Assembly: GCF_009914755.1 (NCBI RefSeq)
Contig: NC_060936.1
Origin: the human T2T-CHM13v2.0 reference genome, Homo sapiens
Direction: 5' to 3' (one strand)
Length of the DNA stretch: 64,000 bases
Shown piece by piece: positions 30,011 through 42,001 of the stretch. The notes under the pieces were generated by a model, which saw only the letters and a program-made list of their open reading frames with translations, made no database searches and was not told where the DNA came from. Within the stretch, counting starts at the first letter, position 1. The number at the start of each line of letters is the position of its first letter. The position numbers and the translations under genes are program-made.

Positions 30011-30652
30011 TGGATCTCACTCACCTGTTTATTTTTTTATATATTTTACATTGATAACTAGATGTCTTAGATAATAACATCATAGCAACTCTGGATACTG
30101 ATTTCTCCACCTTGCTATTGTTATTGTTGTTTAGTTTTTGGTCATTTGTGTATTTGTTTTGTGATCCAGCTGAAATAACTTTGTGAAGTCTTTCTGTGCA
30201 GGTTGTTTTTAAGGGCCAGGCCTAAAAGTTACATACATCACTTTTGCCCCAATCCCAAATGCCAGAATTTGGACATGTGGTCCACACCTAACTGCAAGAG
30301 AAGCTGGGAGATGTAGACAAGCACAGTGTTATTTGGTGAGCACCAGAAGTCTCTACCATCATTCAAACTTCTAGTTATCAAATATCTCTTTTCCACATTT
30401 AATGTACCTTGTTGTCCAAGGAGTTCAATCGTAAATCACTGAATTCCAAGTTGAAGAACCCTCAAGTCAGGAAATGCATCCACTTGGTCTAGTGACATAG
30501 AAACTAAAAAGACAAGGTCTCCCCACACCCCATCTGCATCCATACATGCCCCTAACCTAAATGGTGGGGCAGGGGAAAGAAAAATATATCTACCATTAAT
30601 AAAATGGAAGGCTGGATGACACACAATGATCACTAATCTTTCTATGAGATAT

Positions 30653-30908
30653 TGGTCAAAGGACACAACATGTCAGCTAAGTAAGAGGAATAATTTCAAC
30701 AGCATGGGACTATAGTTAATAACAATGTATTGTATTTGAAAATCTCTAAGAGTCCATGTTAAGTGTTTTCACTACAAAAAACAATAAGTATGTGAGGTAA
30801 CGCATATATTAATTAGCTCAGTTGAACCATTCCACAGTGTATACATATTTCAAAATGTGTTGTATATGGCAAGTATATATAAATTTTATTTGTCAATTTA
30901 AAAATAAC
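30653..30908 (+). mobile_element. L1MA7/8-like 3' fragment
   Basis: actatagttaataacaatgtattgtat..aagtatgtgaggtaacgcatat..ttttatttgtcaatt. Confidence 0.82.
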
Positions 30909-31150
30909 TTGTCTGCAGAAATACTAGAATCCTTTAGGACAGATAATTTTTGAAGTTTTTCTGCTCTGACAGTGAGGGAAGTCTCCTGAGACTCATTCAT
31001 GCTCTGCTCTCCAAGCATGAATTTTTCTCTTTACTTTTCTCTTTACTTTGAATGAATTTTTTCTCTTTACTTTGTTAAACGTTTACTAATATAAAATGGA
31101 GTCACACTGGTTCCTTTCTGTAAAGGGAGAGAAGATGGGCTTTCTGAGTT

Positions 31151-31178
31151 TATTATTATTATTATTATTATTATTATT
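31151..31178. repeat. (TTA)n microsatellite
   Basis: Directly visible. Confidence 0.9.
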
Positions 31179-31829
31179 TTGTTGATATCTTTGGTGGTAC
31201 TTTTATATTTGTGCTACTGTGGTTAGAAACACCACTGGATTACATCTTAGCTTTGAACCTAATTTTGGGACCTGTTGTAATTTCTGGTTTTAGCTTTACT
31301 ACTGGAGAAATTATTTGCTTTGAGAAGTTAAAAGTGTTATTGAGTCCCAACTTACTAAGATCTTTTAGATTTTATTATTTCTTGAGATAATAGCTTCTAT
31401 TTCTTTTCTTTATTTTTATTTCTAATGTATTTCCTTTCTCTCTGGGCATAAGATCTTCACCACCATAAATAAAAATAATTATCCCAATGGAAGTTTTTTA
31501 TTTATTAGAACTAGGAGGCCATTTGAATGCTAAGTTTTCTCTATACAAAGATCATTAAGATTTTAATTTGGATGAAAATTTGTAATTTGTAAGTAAAATT
31601 TCAAAGCAAAGCTTCTAATCCAGTCTGTTAAACGGGATTACAGAGGATTACATCCTTGGTAGATGGGAGCAGAGATTCAGGTTGAGTCAGTACTTATGTG
31701 GTTCAACCTGAATCTGAACCCAGAATGCCAGAGGAACAGTCGCTATAATAATTTCTATAAAGTCTACAAAAGGGTAATTAAGGATGCTGAAAACTGACCT
31801 CAGCAGTAGCATTCCTTTACTCTTCACTT

Positions 31830-32172
31830 CCACGGACCTAACTCCCCTGCTCTCTGCGTTAGCCTCCCGGAACTACTTTCACCTCCTTAAAAATTGCCCT
31901 CTTTGCTCCTCTTGATGCTTCTGCACCTGCTCCCTCTGGGTGATAGGTTGCCATTGATCCTGTGGCTGATTGTACTGCATCCCAGCCTGAACACCTATCC
32001 CTGACAATTTCATGGTCTTTGTCTCTACGTGCAGTCAATTATAAATTCTGTGTGGATTGAGACCAACTGTGTTTTCTCTTCCCAGCAGCTGTAACCTCAC
32101 ATGTCCCCCGCCACTGGTACTGTGCTAGAAAGCAATAATAGATGCTTTAAAAAGAGTTGTCATATGAATAAA
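31830..32172 (+). mobile_element. L2 3' fragment
   Basis: Pyrimidine-rich L2-like body ending aatagatgctttaaaaagagttgtcatatgaataaa. Confidence 0.5.
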
Positions 32173-32543
32173 ATCTCACCCACTTCTCAGTTTTGCTTGA
32201 GTTACGGACCTTGAAGTTAGTTATTTGCTATTTAGAAATTTTGATACTACACTGTCATTATTCATTTCAGATTTTTTTCAGAAATATTAAAGTCAATATT
32301 TCTGTGAAAATTGAAAAAAAATTTTATGATTAAATTTCTATTAATTTTGAATAAAATGCTACATTAAGGAATGAATGTTTTGATAGTTTATAAAACGCAA
32401 AATAATACTATAATAATTTAAGTGATATACAATAATAATTTAAGTAATATTCTTTAAGGTTTGATCTAAGGACACAAATATATGCATTAAATATTGAAAA
32501 AAAATAAGGATGACAGGATACTAGATCCATCATTTCATTCCTC

Positions 32544-32838
32544 TTTTTTTCTTTTTTGAGACAGGGTCTTTGTCACCCAGGCTGGAGTGCAGTGGAGCTA
32601 TCACAGCCCACTACAGCCTTGCCCTCCCTGGGATCAAGTGATCCTCCCAACTCAGTCGCCAGAGTAAGTTTGGACTACAGGTGTATGCCACCATGCCTGG
32701 CTAACTTTTGTATTTTTTGTAGAGACAAGTGTCTCACTATGTTGCCCAGGCTGATCTTGAACTCCTGTGCTCAAGCAGTCTGCCCACTTCAGCCTCCCAA
32801 AGTGCTGGGATTACACCTGTGAGCCACCGTGTCCAGTC
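32544..32838 (-). mobile_element. AluJ
   Basis: gagacagggtct..gatcctccca..ctcctgtgctcaagcagtctgccca; TSD ttcattcct(c/t)ttt. Confidence 0.92.
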
Positions 32839-33150
32839 TTCATTCCTTTTTTATATACATATATTATTATAGTCAATTCATCAGAATGAACTATAGTTCA
32901 TAGGAAAATATTTTGTATATAGTTTCTTGATAAACAATGCTTGTTATTATGCTAAACCTATTGCAAAATCTATAGTGGTTTTTCATATCATGTTGCTTTC
33001 ATGGTTTGCAAACCAAACACAAATGAACTATTAGAACCACTAATTATTTTGTCTGTTAGTGAAGATATTGGAATGGAAATTATTTTGAGTTTCAAAGGTA
33101 AATGATATACTCTGAAGACAATTATTATTTTTCTCATTTAAAATGTACAT

Positions 33151-33505
33151 TGATATGGTTTGGCTTTGTCCACACCAAAATCTCATCTTGAATTGTAACT
33201 CCCATAATTCCCACGTGTTGTGGGAGGAACCTGGTGGGAAGTGATTGAATCATGGGGGTGGGTCTTTCTCATGCTGTTCTCATGGTAGTGAGTGGGTCTC
33301 ACAAGATCTGATGGTTTCAAAAGTGGGAGTTTCCCTGCACAAGCCCTCTTGTCTGCTGCCATGTGAGATGTGCCTTCACCTTCCACCATGATTGTGAGGC
33401 CTCTCAGCCACGTGGAACTCTAAGTCCAATAAATCTCTTTTTTTTTTTTCTAAATTGCCTAGTCTTGGGTATGTCTTTATCACAGCATAAAAATTGACCA
33501 ATACA
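33151..33505 (+). mobile_element. THE1B/C solo LTR
   Basis: tgatatggtttggct..aataca termini; 5-bp TSD tacat/tacag. Confidence 0.93.
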
Positions 33506-33869
33506 TACAGGTTCCATTAGAATTATTCAAAGAATAAAGCAAAAATATTAACATAAAATGACTGAGTTACTGGAAAATGGGACTACTCATGGCAGAATCT
33601 GTTGTAACAAAAGACTTCTTTGTCAAAATTGTCATTTCATTTGGGATCTCTTTTTCAATTCTCAAGGCAAAAATAAGATAATTTATATGTATAGTTTAAT
33701 TTGCAGTCTAGGGAGACTTGGTATATAACTCTAGCCATAATGTTTATTTCAACTTCCATTTTTTTGACATAAGGCACTCAATCAGACAGATAATAGATTT
33801 TCATTTCCAAACCTAACATTTCTGGCAGTCCTGGGCAGCACTTTTTGGAGGGAAATCAATAAATCAAAT

Positions 33870-34870
33870 TTTAATCAGTATTTATTGAGCACCTGCTAAC
33901 ATAGATGCTATGGTAGGGAAAGGTTGTGGGTGAAGGAATGACAGAGGTTTATGAGATATTGTTGCTGATCTAAAGAAATTTTTATGCAGAATAGATGCAC
34001 ATAAGACACATGCACGCACACACACACATACCAACCCAAACACACCGTCACACACAAATAAATAAAAAGCTTATTATCGTTGAGCTTGGCCAGTTCATAA
34101 ATGGTTGGTCTGAGTGGAAAGACTAATGAGAACTACAGCATCCTTGGTTTGCAGATGTTTCCATCTTGTGTTATATAGAGTTAGCAAACAAGTATCTAAG
34201 AATAAAAGTGAGTGAATAGATGCAGTTCCTCCTTGAAGCATACCTGAATTTTGTGCTCTGTCTACCTGGAGGAGAGAGATGAGTGAGGATTCTGCCAGGA
34301 CAGATAAACATAAACCACTGTGTGTCTCACAACCTTTTATTCCCTGGAATAATCCTAACTAATATTTCTCTTGCTACCATAAAAGACAATTCTTTGTTGG
34401 GAGTCAGTTATGTAACTAGTGAGAAATCCCTAAGTAGTGACTTGGATCTGTTACAGAGAAAAAAAAAACAGAAGAAGCAGCTAGAGGATGATAAACACAG
34501 GGTATGGTATTCTGTGCTATGTTCAGGAAGCAGGCTGGAGCTGAGATAGATTGAATACTATGGGACTTACATAATACCTAATTGCAATAAGTTTTCATTG
34601 TATGACTCTAGGGAGAGGAGAAGTATGGCTTACCCTTTAAAAGATCATTCTAAGCAATTTTATAGAGAGTAGACTACAGGGAGGTCAGTTGGGAGGCCTG
34701 GACTACAGTAGTAGTGGAAATATGGGGCAAAGTGGTTGGATTTGGGATATTCTGAAGCTAGACTCTAAACATCTTGCTAATAGATTGGATATCAATGGAG
34801 AGAAGAAGGATAATCAGTAATCTCTGTTTTGTGCTTGATCAACTGAGCGAATGTTAGTTTCATTCTCTGA
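33870..34870 (-). mobile_element. L2 fragments (~33870-34010 and ~34540-34870)
   Basis: tatttattgagcacctgct; aaagatcattct..cttgctaatagattggat. Confidence 0.6.
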
Positions 34871-35462
34871 AATGATCCCCAAAGAGACAGAGGAAGAGGT
34901 AAAATGTTTTGTATAAAATGTTAAGGTTATATTTTGCATTTTACATTTCCAAAATAGAATTAATTTGGCTAAAAATGATCATGTTCAATGGAGTGAGTCA
35001 GACCAACTTGCATAATTCTAAGATAATTTGAATACTCATCTGTTATTTTTCTTTTGGCTGGAGGTTATTGTTGGTGGTGGTAGTTTGACAGAAAAAATGC
35101 AGATTTTTTGGCCAACTATGAGAAGGAAAAACTTGACACAGAAAAAATCTGGTTTATTGAGTGATTTCTAGAAATGGAAGGTATTTCTATTTTCCTAAAA
35201 TGTGAATTTATATTTGTTTTTTGTCCACCACTGAATGAGATTGGATAGTCTTTGAGAGGAAATGATAAAAAACTATTTTTACTTTTATGGGGCCCCTTTC
35301 TTGAAGTTACCTCGGAAGTCATCTACTGTGAATCTTGATTTTATAGTAGGAGAAAATTGAGCTATTATAAATACCAAATGAATTTTAAAAAGATCTTACA
35401 TATTTAATCAGTCAGCACAGACCTTGAGCTTAAGAGATTTCGGTAGGGTTTTTCCGTTGCTT

Positions 35463-35466
<4 letters not shown>

Positions 35467-35509
<43 letters not shown>
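35467..35509. repeat. (TG)n microsatellite
   Basis: About 21 units. Confidence 0.97.
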
Positions 35510-35513
<4 letters not shown>

Positions 35514-35814
35514 CCTATCATGATACAGAAAATCACAATCATTATTTACAAAATTAAAAACTTTTAGTGTATAGTTATGTCAAGTGTAACAAATCAATAT
35601 CAAGTATCAAAATCATTAAATGAATTTGTGTGGACTCAAATAAAGGCTTCCACAATATAAATGAAATGCTCTGCTTACCCTGCCTTGAGTATTTCTAACT
35701 ATATAGTTGTCTTGAGAGGGCTTAGCGAAATGCCTCTGATATTCAAATGGCCTTTGAAATACTGATTATACTGTTTACAATAATAGTTTGTATTGCATGT
35801 ACTAAGCATTTTTT

Positions 35815-36109
35815 CTTTCTTTTTTTTTTTTTTTTTTTTTTGAGATGGAGTCTGGCTGTCACCCAGGCTGGAGTGTAGTGGCGCTATCTTGGCTCACTGC
35901 AACCTCAGCCTCTTGGGTTCAAGCAATTCTCCTGCCTCAGCCTCCTGAGTAGCTGAGATTACAGGTGCACACCACCACGCCCAGATAATTTGTGTAGAGA
36001 TGGGGTTTCACCATATTGGTCAGGCTGGTCTCGAACTCCTGACCTTGTGATCCACCCACCTCGGCCTCCCAAAATGCCGGGATTACAGTCGTGAACCACC
36101 GTGTCCAGC
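35815..36109 (-). mobile_element. AluS (Sg-like) with shortened linker, inserted in a MIR (~35780-36320)
   Basis: TSD tgtactaagcattttt on both sides; MIR core tattattaccccatttt follows. Confidence 0.93.
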
Positions 36110-37329
36110 TGTACTAAGCATTTTTATAGTCATTTTCTTGTTGCATATTTACAGCAACCTTATGAATCTGGTACTATTATTACCCCATTTTAAAAAATGC
36201 GTAAACTTAGGTTGAGAGGAAACATAATTGCCTCAAACCATAAGAAGGTAAGCAGCCCATCCAGGACTTAAACCCCAGTCAGGCTGACACCAACCCCATG
36301 CTGCTGTCTACTCTCCTCTGCAATTTTAGTAGTTAGTAACCCAATAAAAGTATCACAATCATGTGACTAAATTCTTACAGAAAGTGGAACATATTATAAT
36401 GAAGACAGAGAGGCATTAGGTAAGAAACAGAAAATGCCTAAGTAAAAATTCTAAAAAGTGCTATAAGATATACAAATTATTTTAACCTTTTTACACACAA
36501 ATTGCAAGAATTATCATTAGTATATATTCCTGAAAATTTTAGCAATTTGATTTCCTGTCATATTATACATTATATGTAATGAAATATGGTGTATTATAAA
36601 ATGTATAAGACATAAGCTTAACTCATGCCTCAAAGGATAGTTATAATCCTCCTTATTGAACACAACTTTGACAGAGCTTTCTTGGGTTAAGCTTTTGATT
36701 ATAACACATGTATTTTAAAACATAATATAGATTCTCCATATTGGTTTGATTGCTAAAATATTTTTTAAACCAAAACATGTAAAATTTGAGCAATTTTTCT
36801 TTGCTTCTTCCAAATGTTCCTGTTAAAGTTTTAGTGTGTTAGGCCAAAGGATATTTATAATGATATGAAAAGCCTTAACATATGTTTTTGCAGTCCATGA
36901 TATTCGCCCAAGGATCTTCCTTTTAGAATACAATACAATTTTAAGATGTACCAATATGTTTTAAAGGCCATATCTGTGAAAACCCAAAACATAATTCAAT
37001 TCTAAATTTCTCCACTCTTTCATCCTCTACATTTTTTTTTGTCAGTTTATTACTCTGTAGACTAAAAATCTGTAATGGTTCCTCATTGCCCCCAAACTAA
37101 ATATGTAACAATAGCTATCAACTATTGGAATATCTGCTGTGTACTGGGCCCTTTAGTACATTACCTCTCATCCTTCCAATCACCTGCTACATATAGAGAC
37201 AGGAAAACTGGAGCACAGGGAGCTGACCTTGAAACCCATGTCTATTTGATTTGAAAATCTTGTATTCTTTCCACTAGAAATGATGGTACCTCCTATTTAG
37301 TAAATGCCTACCATGTTCTAGGCACTATA

Positions 37330-37550
37330 CTCAGGAGTTTGGGTTCAAATCCCAGCTCTACCATTCCCAACCCATGTATTCTTGGGATCATTACTTAAAC
37401 TTTCTTTGCCTCAGTTTTCCTATCTATAAAATTAGGTAAATAATAATAATAAGAGTACCTTATAGGGTTATTGGGAGGATAAAATGAATAATCTATATAA
37501 AGAATTTAGTATACAACCTAGTAAATACAAATACGTATTAGTTATCATTA
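37330..37550 (+). mobile_element. MIR (an oppositely oriented MIR piece lies at ~37100-37270)
   Basis: gggttcaaatcccagctctacca..gcctcagttttcctatctataaaat. Confidence 0.85.
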
Positions 37551-38035
37551 TTTTTATTAGGAAATACTTCAGATATACAAAAACCTATAATGATAATAAA
37601 TATCAAAGTCACAACGAAATTTAAAGGATAGAACATTATAAACACAATTGGAGCACATGTTATTTTGTAGCTCAGTATTTATCCTTCTTGTGCATGCTTT
37701 TGTTCTTTCATTATAGATGTGTATATTATTTTACAGATGTCTAAATTATAAAGCAATATATAGAAACATTTTCAAATTTTTTAATGGATGAGACCAACTG
37801 CATTTTTTCTGTAACCTGCTTTTTATGATAAATATGACGCTTGCAAAATCCATCATAATTGACAAATGAGGCTCTAGTTCATTTATTTTCACTGCTATGC
37901 ACTATTTATGAATGAAACTGCAGTGAAACTAGAATAAGTCTATTGTAGGAATGAAACTACAGTTCATTCATCCACGCTATTATTGATGTATATTTAGGTG
38001 TGTTTTAAAACTTATACTATTTCATAAACTGCTAT
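37550..38035 (-). mobile_element. L1ME-like fragment
   Basis: ctagttcatttattttcactgct..ttcatcca..tattgatgtatatttaggt. Confidence 0.6.
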
Positions 38036-38439
38036 AGCATAATAAATGATGATAAAAATAATATAAAACACTTTCTAATGCTTACTTCTCAGGCAATGAT
38101 TTACATATGTTGAATCATTTAATCTCATAAAATCTCATAGGAAGAACTATTATTATCTACAATGTACAGATGAAGAAAGTGGGTCAACTTGACACATCTG
38201 GTACATGGTGTTCCTGGAAATAAAAATAAGGTAATCAGGCCAAGATGTAGCTGTCTTGACCACATGTGCCTTTGGGCACACGTATATACAAGAGTGCTCT
38301 AGGACTAGTTCTCCATCTTGTCTGCACATTAGGATCATCTGGACACTTAAATATAATGACTCATGCCTAAACCTCTTTCCAGATAAATTGACTCAAAATA
38401 GCTGGGGATCAAGTCTAGACATAAATATTGTTTAATCTG

Positions 38440-39155
38440 ATTTTTAATTAAACTTCTTGTTCTGAGATAATTGTAAATTTGCATGTTGTTGTAATACTAT
38501 TTACCATTTACCCAGTTTGCCCCAGGGATACCATCTTGCAAAACCATAGTAAAACATCACATCCAGGATTGACATTAATACAGTCAAGATCCTGAACATT
38601 TCTGTCACCACAATGATCCCTCCTGTTGCCCATTTGTATCCACACCCATTTCCCTCCTGCTCATCCCCTCCTTAACCCCTCACAATCAGTAATTGGTTCC
38701 ATATTTCTGTAATTTTGTCATTTCAGGAATGTTATAACATTCTATATAAATGGAAAGTCAATTCCAAAAGGTTGCATACTATATAATGGAATTCCATTAT
38801 ATAGGATTATATTATAGGATTCTATTACACAGTGTGGGATCCCATTATATAGGATTTCATTATATATACCCTTTTGGGATTGACCTTTTTTAATCTATCA
38901 AAATTCTCTGCAGATTCATCTAGGTTGTTGCATGTATAAATATTTCACTTCTTTTATAGCTTATAGTAGATCATGGTATGTAAGTACCACAGTTGGTTTA
39001 AACATTCACCTGTTGAAGGATATCTGGATTGTTTTCAGGTTTTTTTGGCTATTAAATATAAGCTTCTATGAATATTTATTTACAAGTTTTTGTTTGAATG
39101 TATGTTTGCATTTCTCTGGAATAAACACCAAGGAATGCAATTACTAGGCCATATC
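38440..39155 (-). mobile_element. L1MC-like 3' fragment with a rearranged palindromic insert
   Basis: gagataattgtaaatt..catccaggattgacattaatacagtcaagat..aacattcacctgttgaaggata. Confidence 0.82.
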
Positions 39156-40575
39156 ACATCCTGACTTATTCTTGTCTTTTAAGTAAATTGTGTTAACTGG
39201 CCAACACCTCTCTCTTTGATCACACTTAAAGGTCAAAAAGTCAGTGTCTATCTCAAGGTAACATTATTTTTTATCTCCAATAATGATTTTACCACCAATA
39301 TTTTTAATTTTGATATGAATATTATTTCTAAGAAATTGGAGATCACAAAATAGCTACAGGTTAAATATTGCTGACATCATTTAGTAAAAGCCAAAAAAAA
39401 AAAAACCCAGAAAACAGTTTAAGGTTTTCTAATCTACAGAGCACCCTACAAGGAAATTAATATCTGTATGCAACCATCTCACTAGCTTTGTTTACCAGAC
39501 ACGGCATGTGAGAAAGAAAACACTTCAAGTGTTTAAACATTTCTAAAATCAAATTCAAAAAAGCATACTTTTCTAATGAGATGTTCATTGACTTGAAACC
39601 AAAGTAACAAGAATGCTTTGAAGAAAATATACCCAACAATTTGTATAGTAAAGTGAATATAGTGTTCCATTTAAACCTCATAGAACCCCATGAAAAAATT
39701 AACCAAGTAAGATTGGATGATATCCACATCCTAGAGGCATGTTTCTTATTTATTGGAAATTTGACTAAACCATCAATATGACCACCTTTATTCTCAGATA
39801 TTTTTAGGATACTAGAGCCAATGAATATAATGTTCTATTAAGGAGAATATGTTTAAATAATCACAGAAATTAAATATCTTATTCCATTATTATTTAAAAA
39901 GTTGTATGTGTCTATTTTTATACCAAAACATTTCCTATTAAACATATATGTATATATAATAACTTTTCTTATTAGCTTTGTTTTTTCCTACCTTCTGCAA
40001 CCAGAAATTTCTCTGCTTCCTTGAGACAGAAACATAATTGTGTATCTGTTGGACAAATACTATTTTCCTTTTTTAACAAAACTTTTTGATAGAAGAGCTT
40101 TATGTTGGCATCATTTTAATGAATTCAATACATTCATTAAAGAAGTGGTAAGCCTAATAATATATTTGCTTCTGTGCATTATTTTTCTCTAAATTTTGGG
40201 CTACTTGTCTTTGTATACTGTTTCAAAACCTAGGCACTCAAGTGTGTCATTTTCCATTGCAATTAATCACTTGGTTTTGAGCTGCTCTAAGAACTGAATT
40301 TCGCCAAAATAATTGTGAGTATGAACTTTCCTGTTTGTGAGCTTCTTGAACAAGTTGGCATATTTTCCCTTCGACAACTGTCACCATCTGACAATTTGCT
40401 ATTATAGCTAGACTAACATTAAGATTTAAGTATCTAACTCTGGGCTCAGTGAAGGTCAGGCATATTTAGACAGTTTTCCACAGAAAAGTTTGAAGTTAAT
40501 ACCCTGAGTTTCCTTGAATTGCATTTAATAACTTCCAGGTTAAAACCCCAAATGGTAGAATCAAATAAACAGACT

Positions 40576-42001
40576 CATGGCATAGGTCCTGAGAGATGAG
40601 CAACTGGAGAAAGAGGTTCAGATGAGATTATTTCCTCTGAAAGTACTAGTTCCTATTGTCATGGAGGAAAGAAGATCTAGATGAATATTCATATAACCCA
40701 GTTTTCTGCATTGCACATTACAGAAAGTCTACAGAGAACTCTCTGGGAGAGTGAGTCAGAAACCAAAATCAATCTGGGACAATATATCATTTATTTTCAT
40801 ACTGGAATGACTTTCAAATCGTCTACTTTTATTGTTGTTAATGACACAAGTTTCTCCTATGTAACAGTCTCTGAATCAAACTAAGAAAAGGCATAAATAT
40901 ACTGATGAGGTTTATATAACCCATGTCTAAATAATCAGAACAAATCACTAATGGCATTTAAAATATTCCAAAATGCTTGTTACTTCAACTTGTTCTCTCT
41001 ATACCATTTCATATGCCTGTTTTTCTGATACTTACTTCTTTTGTTGCCTTATCCAATCACAATCAGGATTAAAGCTTGGGAAATTGAGAAGTGACCCAAA
41101 TTTATTATAGGCAATTATTTTTCCACTTCTGCCTATCTGTCCCTGTAAACTTTCCCCTCATCATCTGATGCCTAATATATTGAAGTCCCCATCCTGCTAT
41201 CTTCACCTCTTCCTTCCCCACCAAAGAAACAGTTTTTTCCTTTTTTTTTTTTTTTTTTTTTTTTTAGATAGAGTTTTGCTCTTGTTGCCCAGGCTGGAGT
41301 GCAATGGCACGATCTTGGCTCATAGCAACCTCTACTTCCTGGGTTGAAGCGATTCTCCTGCCTCAGCCTCCCGAGTAGCTGGGATTACAGGCATGCACCA
41401 CCAAGCCCGGCTAATGTTGTATTTTTAGTAGAGACAAAGTTTCTCCATGTTTGTCAGGCTGGTCTCGAACTCCTGACCTCAGGTGATCGCCGGCCTCAGC
41501 CTCCCAAAGTGGTGGGATTACAGGCGTGAGCCACTGCACCCAGCCAAGAAACAATTAAAAAAAAAAAAAAAGAACCCTGTTCTCTGATCATTCACAGTAA
41601 GTTATAAATAGCTCATAAAATTACTAAACATATACAAAAACAAATCACATTTTACAAAGAGGGCAAAATGGTCTAGACTTAACATATAGAAAGCAAGTCA
41701 ATTTTTTCTCCAACTACAAATGACTGATATGTTCAATTAGTTTTACCATTTTTAAAAAAATCGGAGTCCATTATCCAGAACTCACATGAGGAAAAGTTTA
41801 GACAAAAATGGTAAACCCAAATCACCTACGCAAGATCTTTATGAATGGGTGTGATAGTCCATTATGTGTAATGTTACTGAACTAGTAGCTGCAAAACTTT
41901 TGTCTATTTTCCATTTTCTGATCCCTCTTAGGAAGTAATAACACATTTTTGTAATTCAATAGCTATCGCCATGATTCCCGAAATAGGGGCCTACTAGAGT
42001 A
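40576..42001 (+). repeat. Left arm of ~1.09 kb inverted repeat (contains AluSp)
   Basis: Reverse-complement match to 44822-45908 along its whole length outside the Alu. Confidence 0.97.
41235..41545 (-). mobile_element. AluSp-like
   Basis: gagttttgctcttgttgccc..gcaatgg; tttctccatgtttgtcagg; TSD aagaaaca(g/a)tt. Confidence 0.93.
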
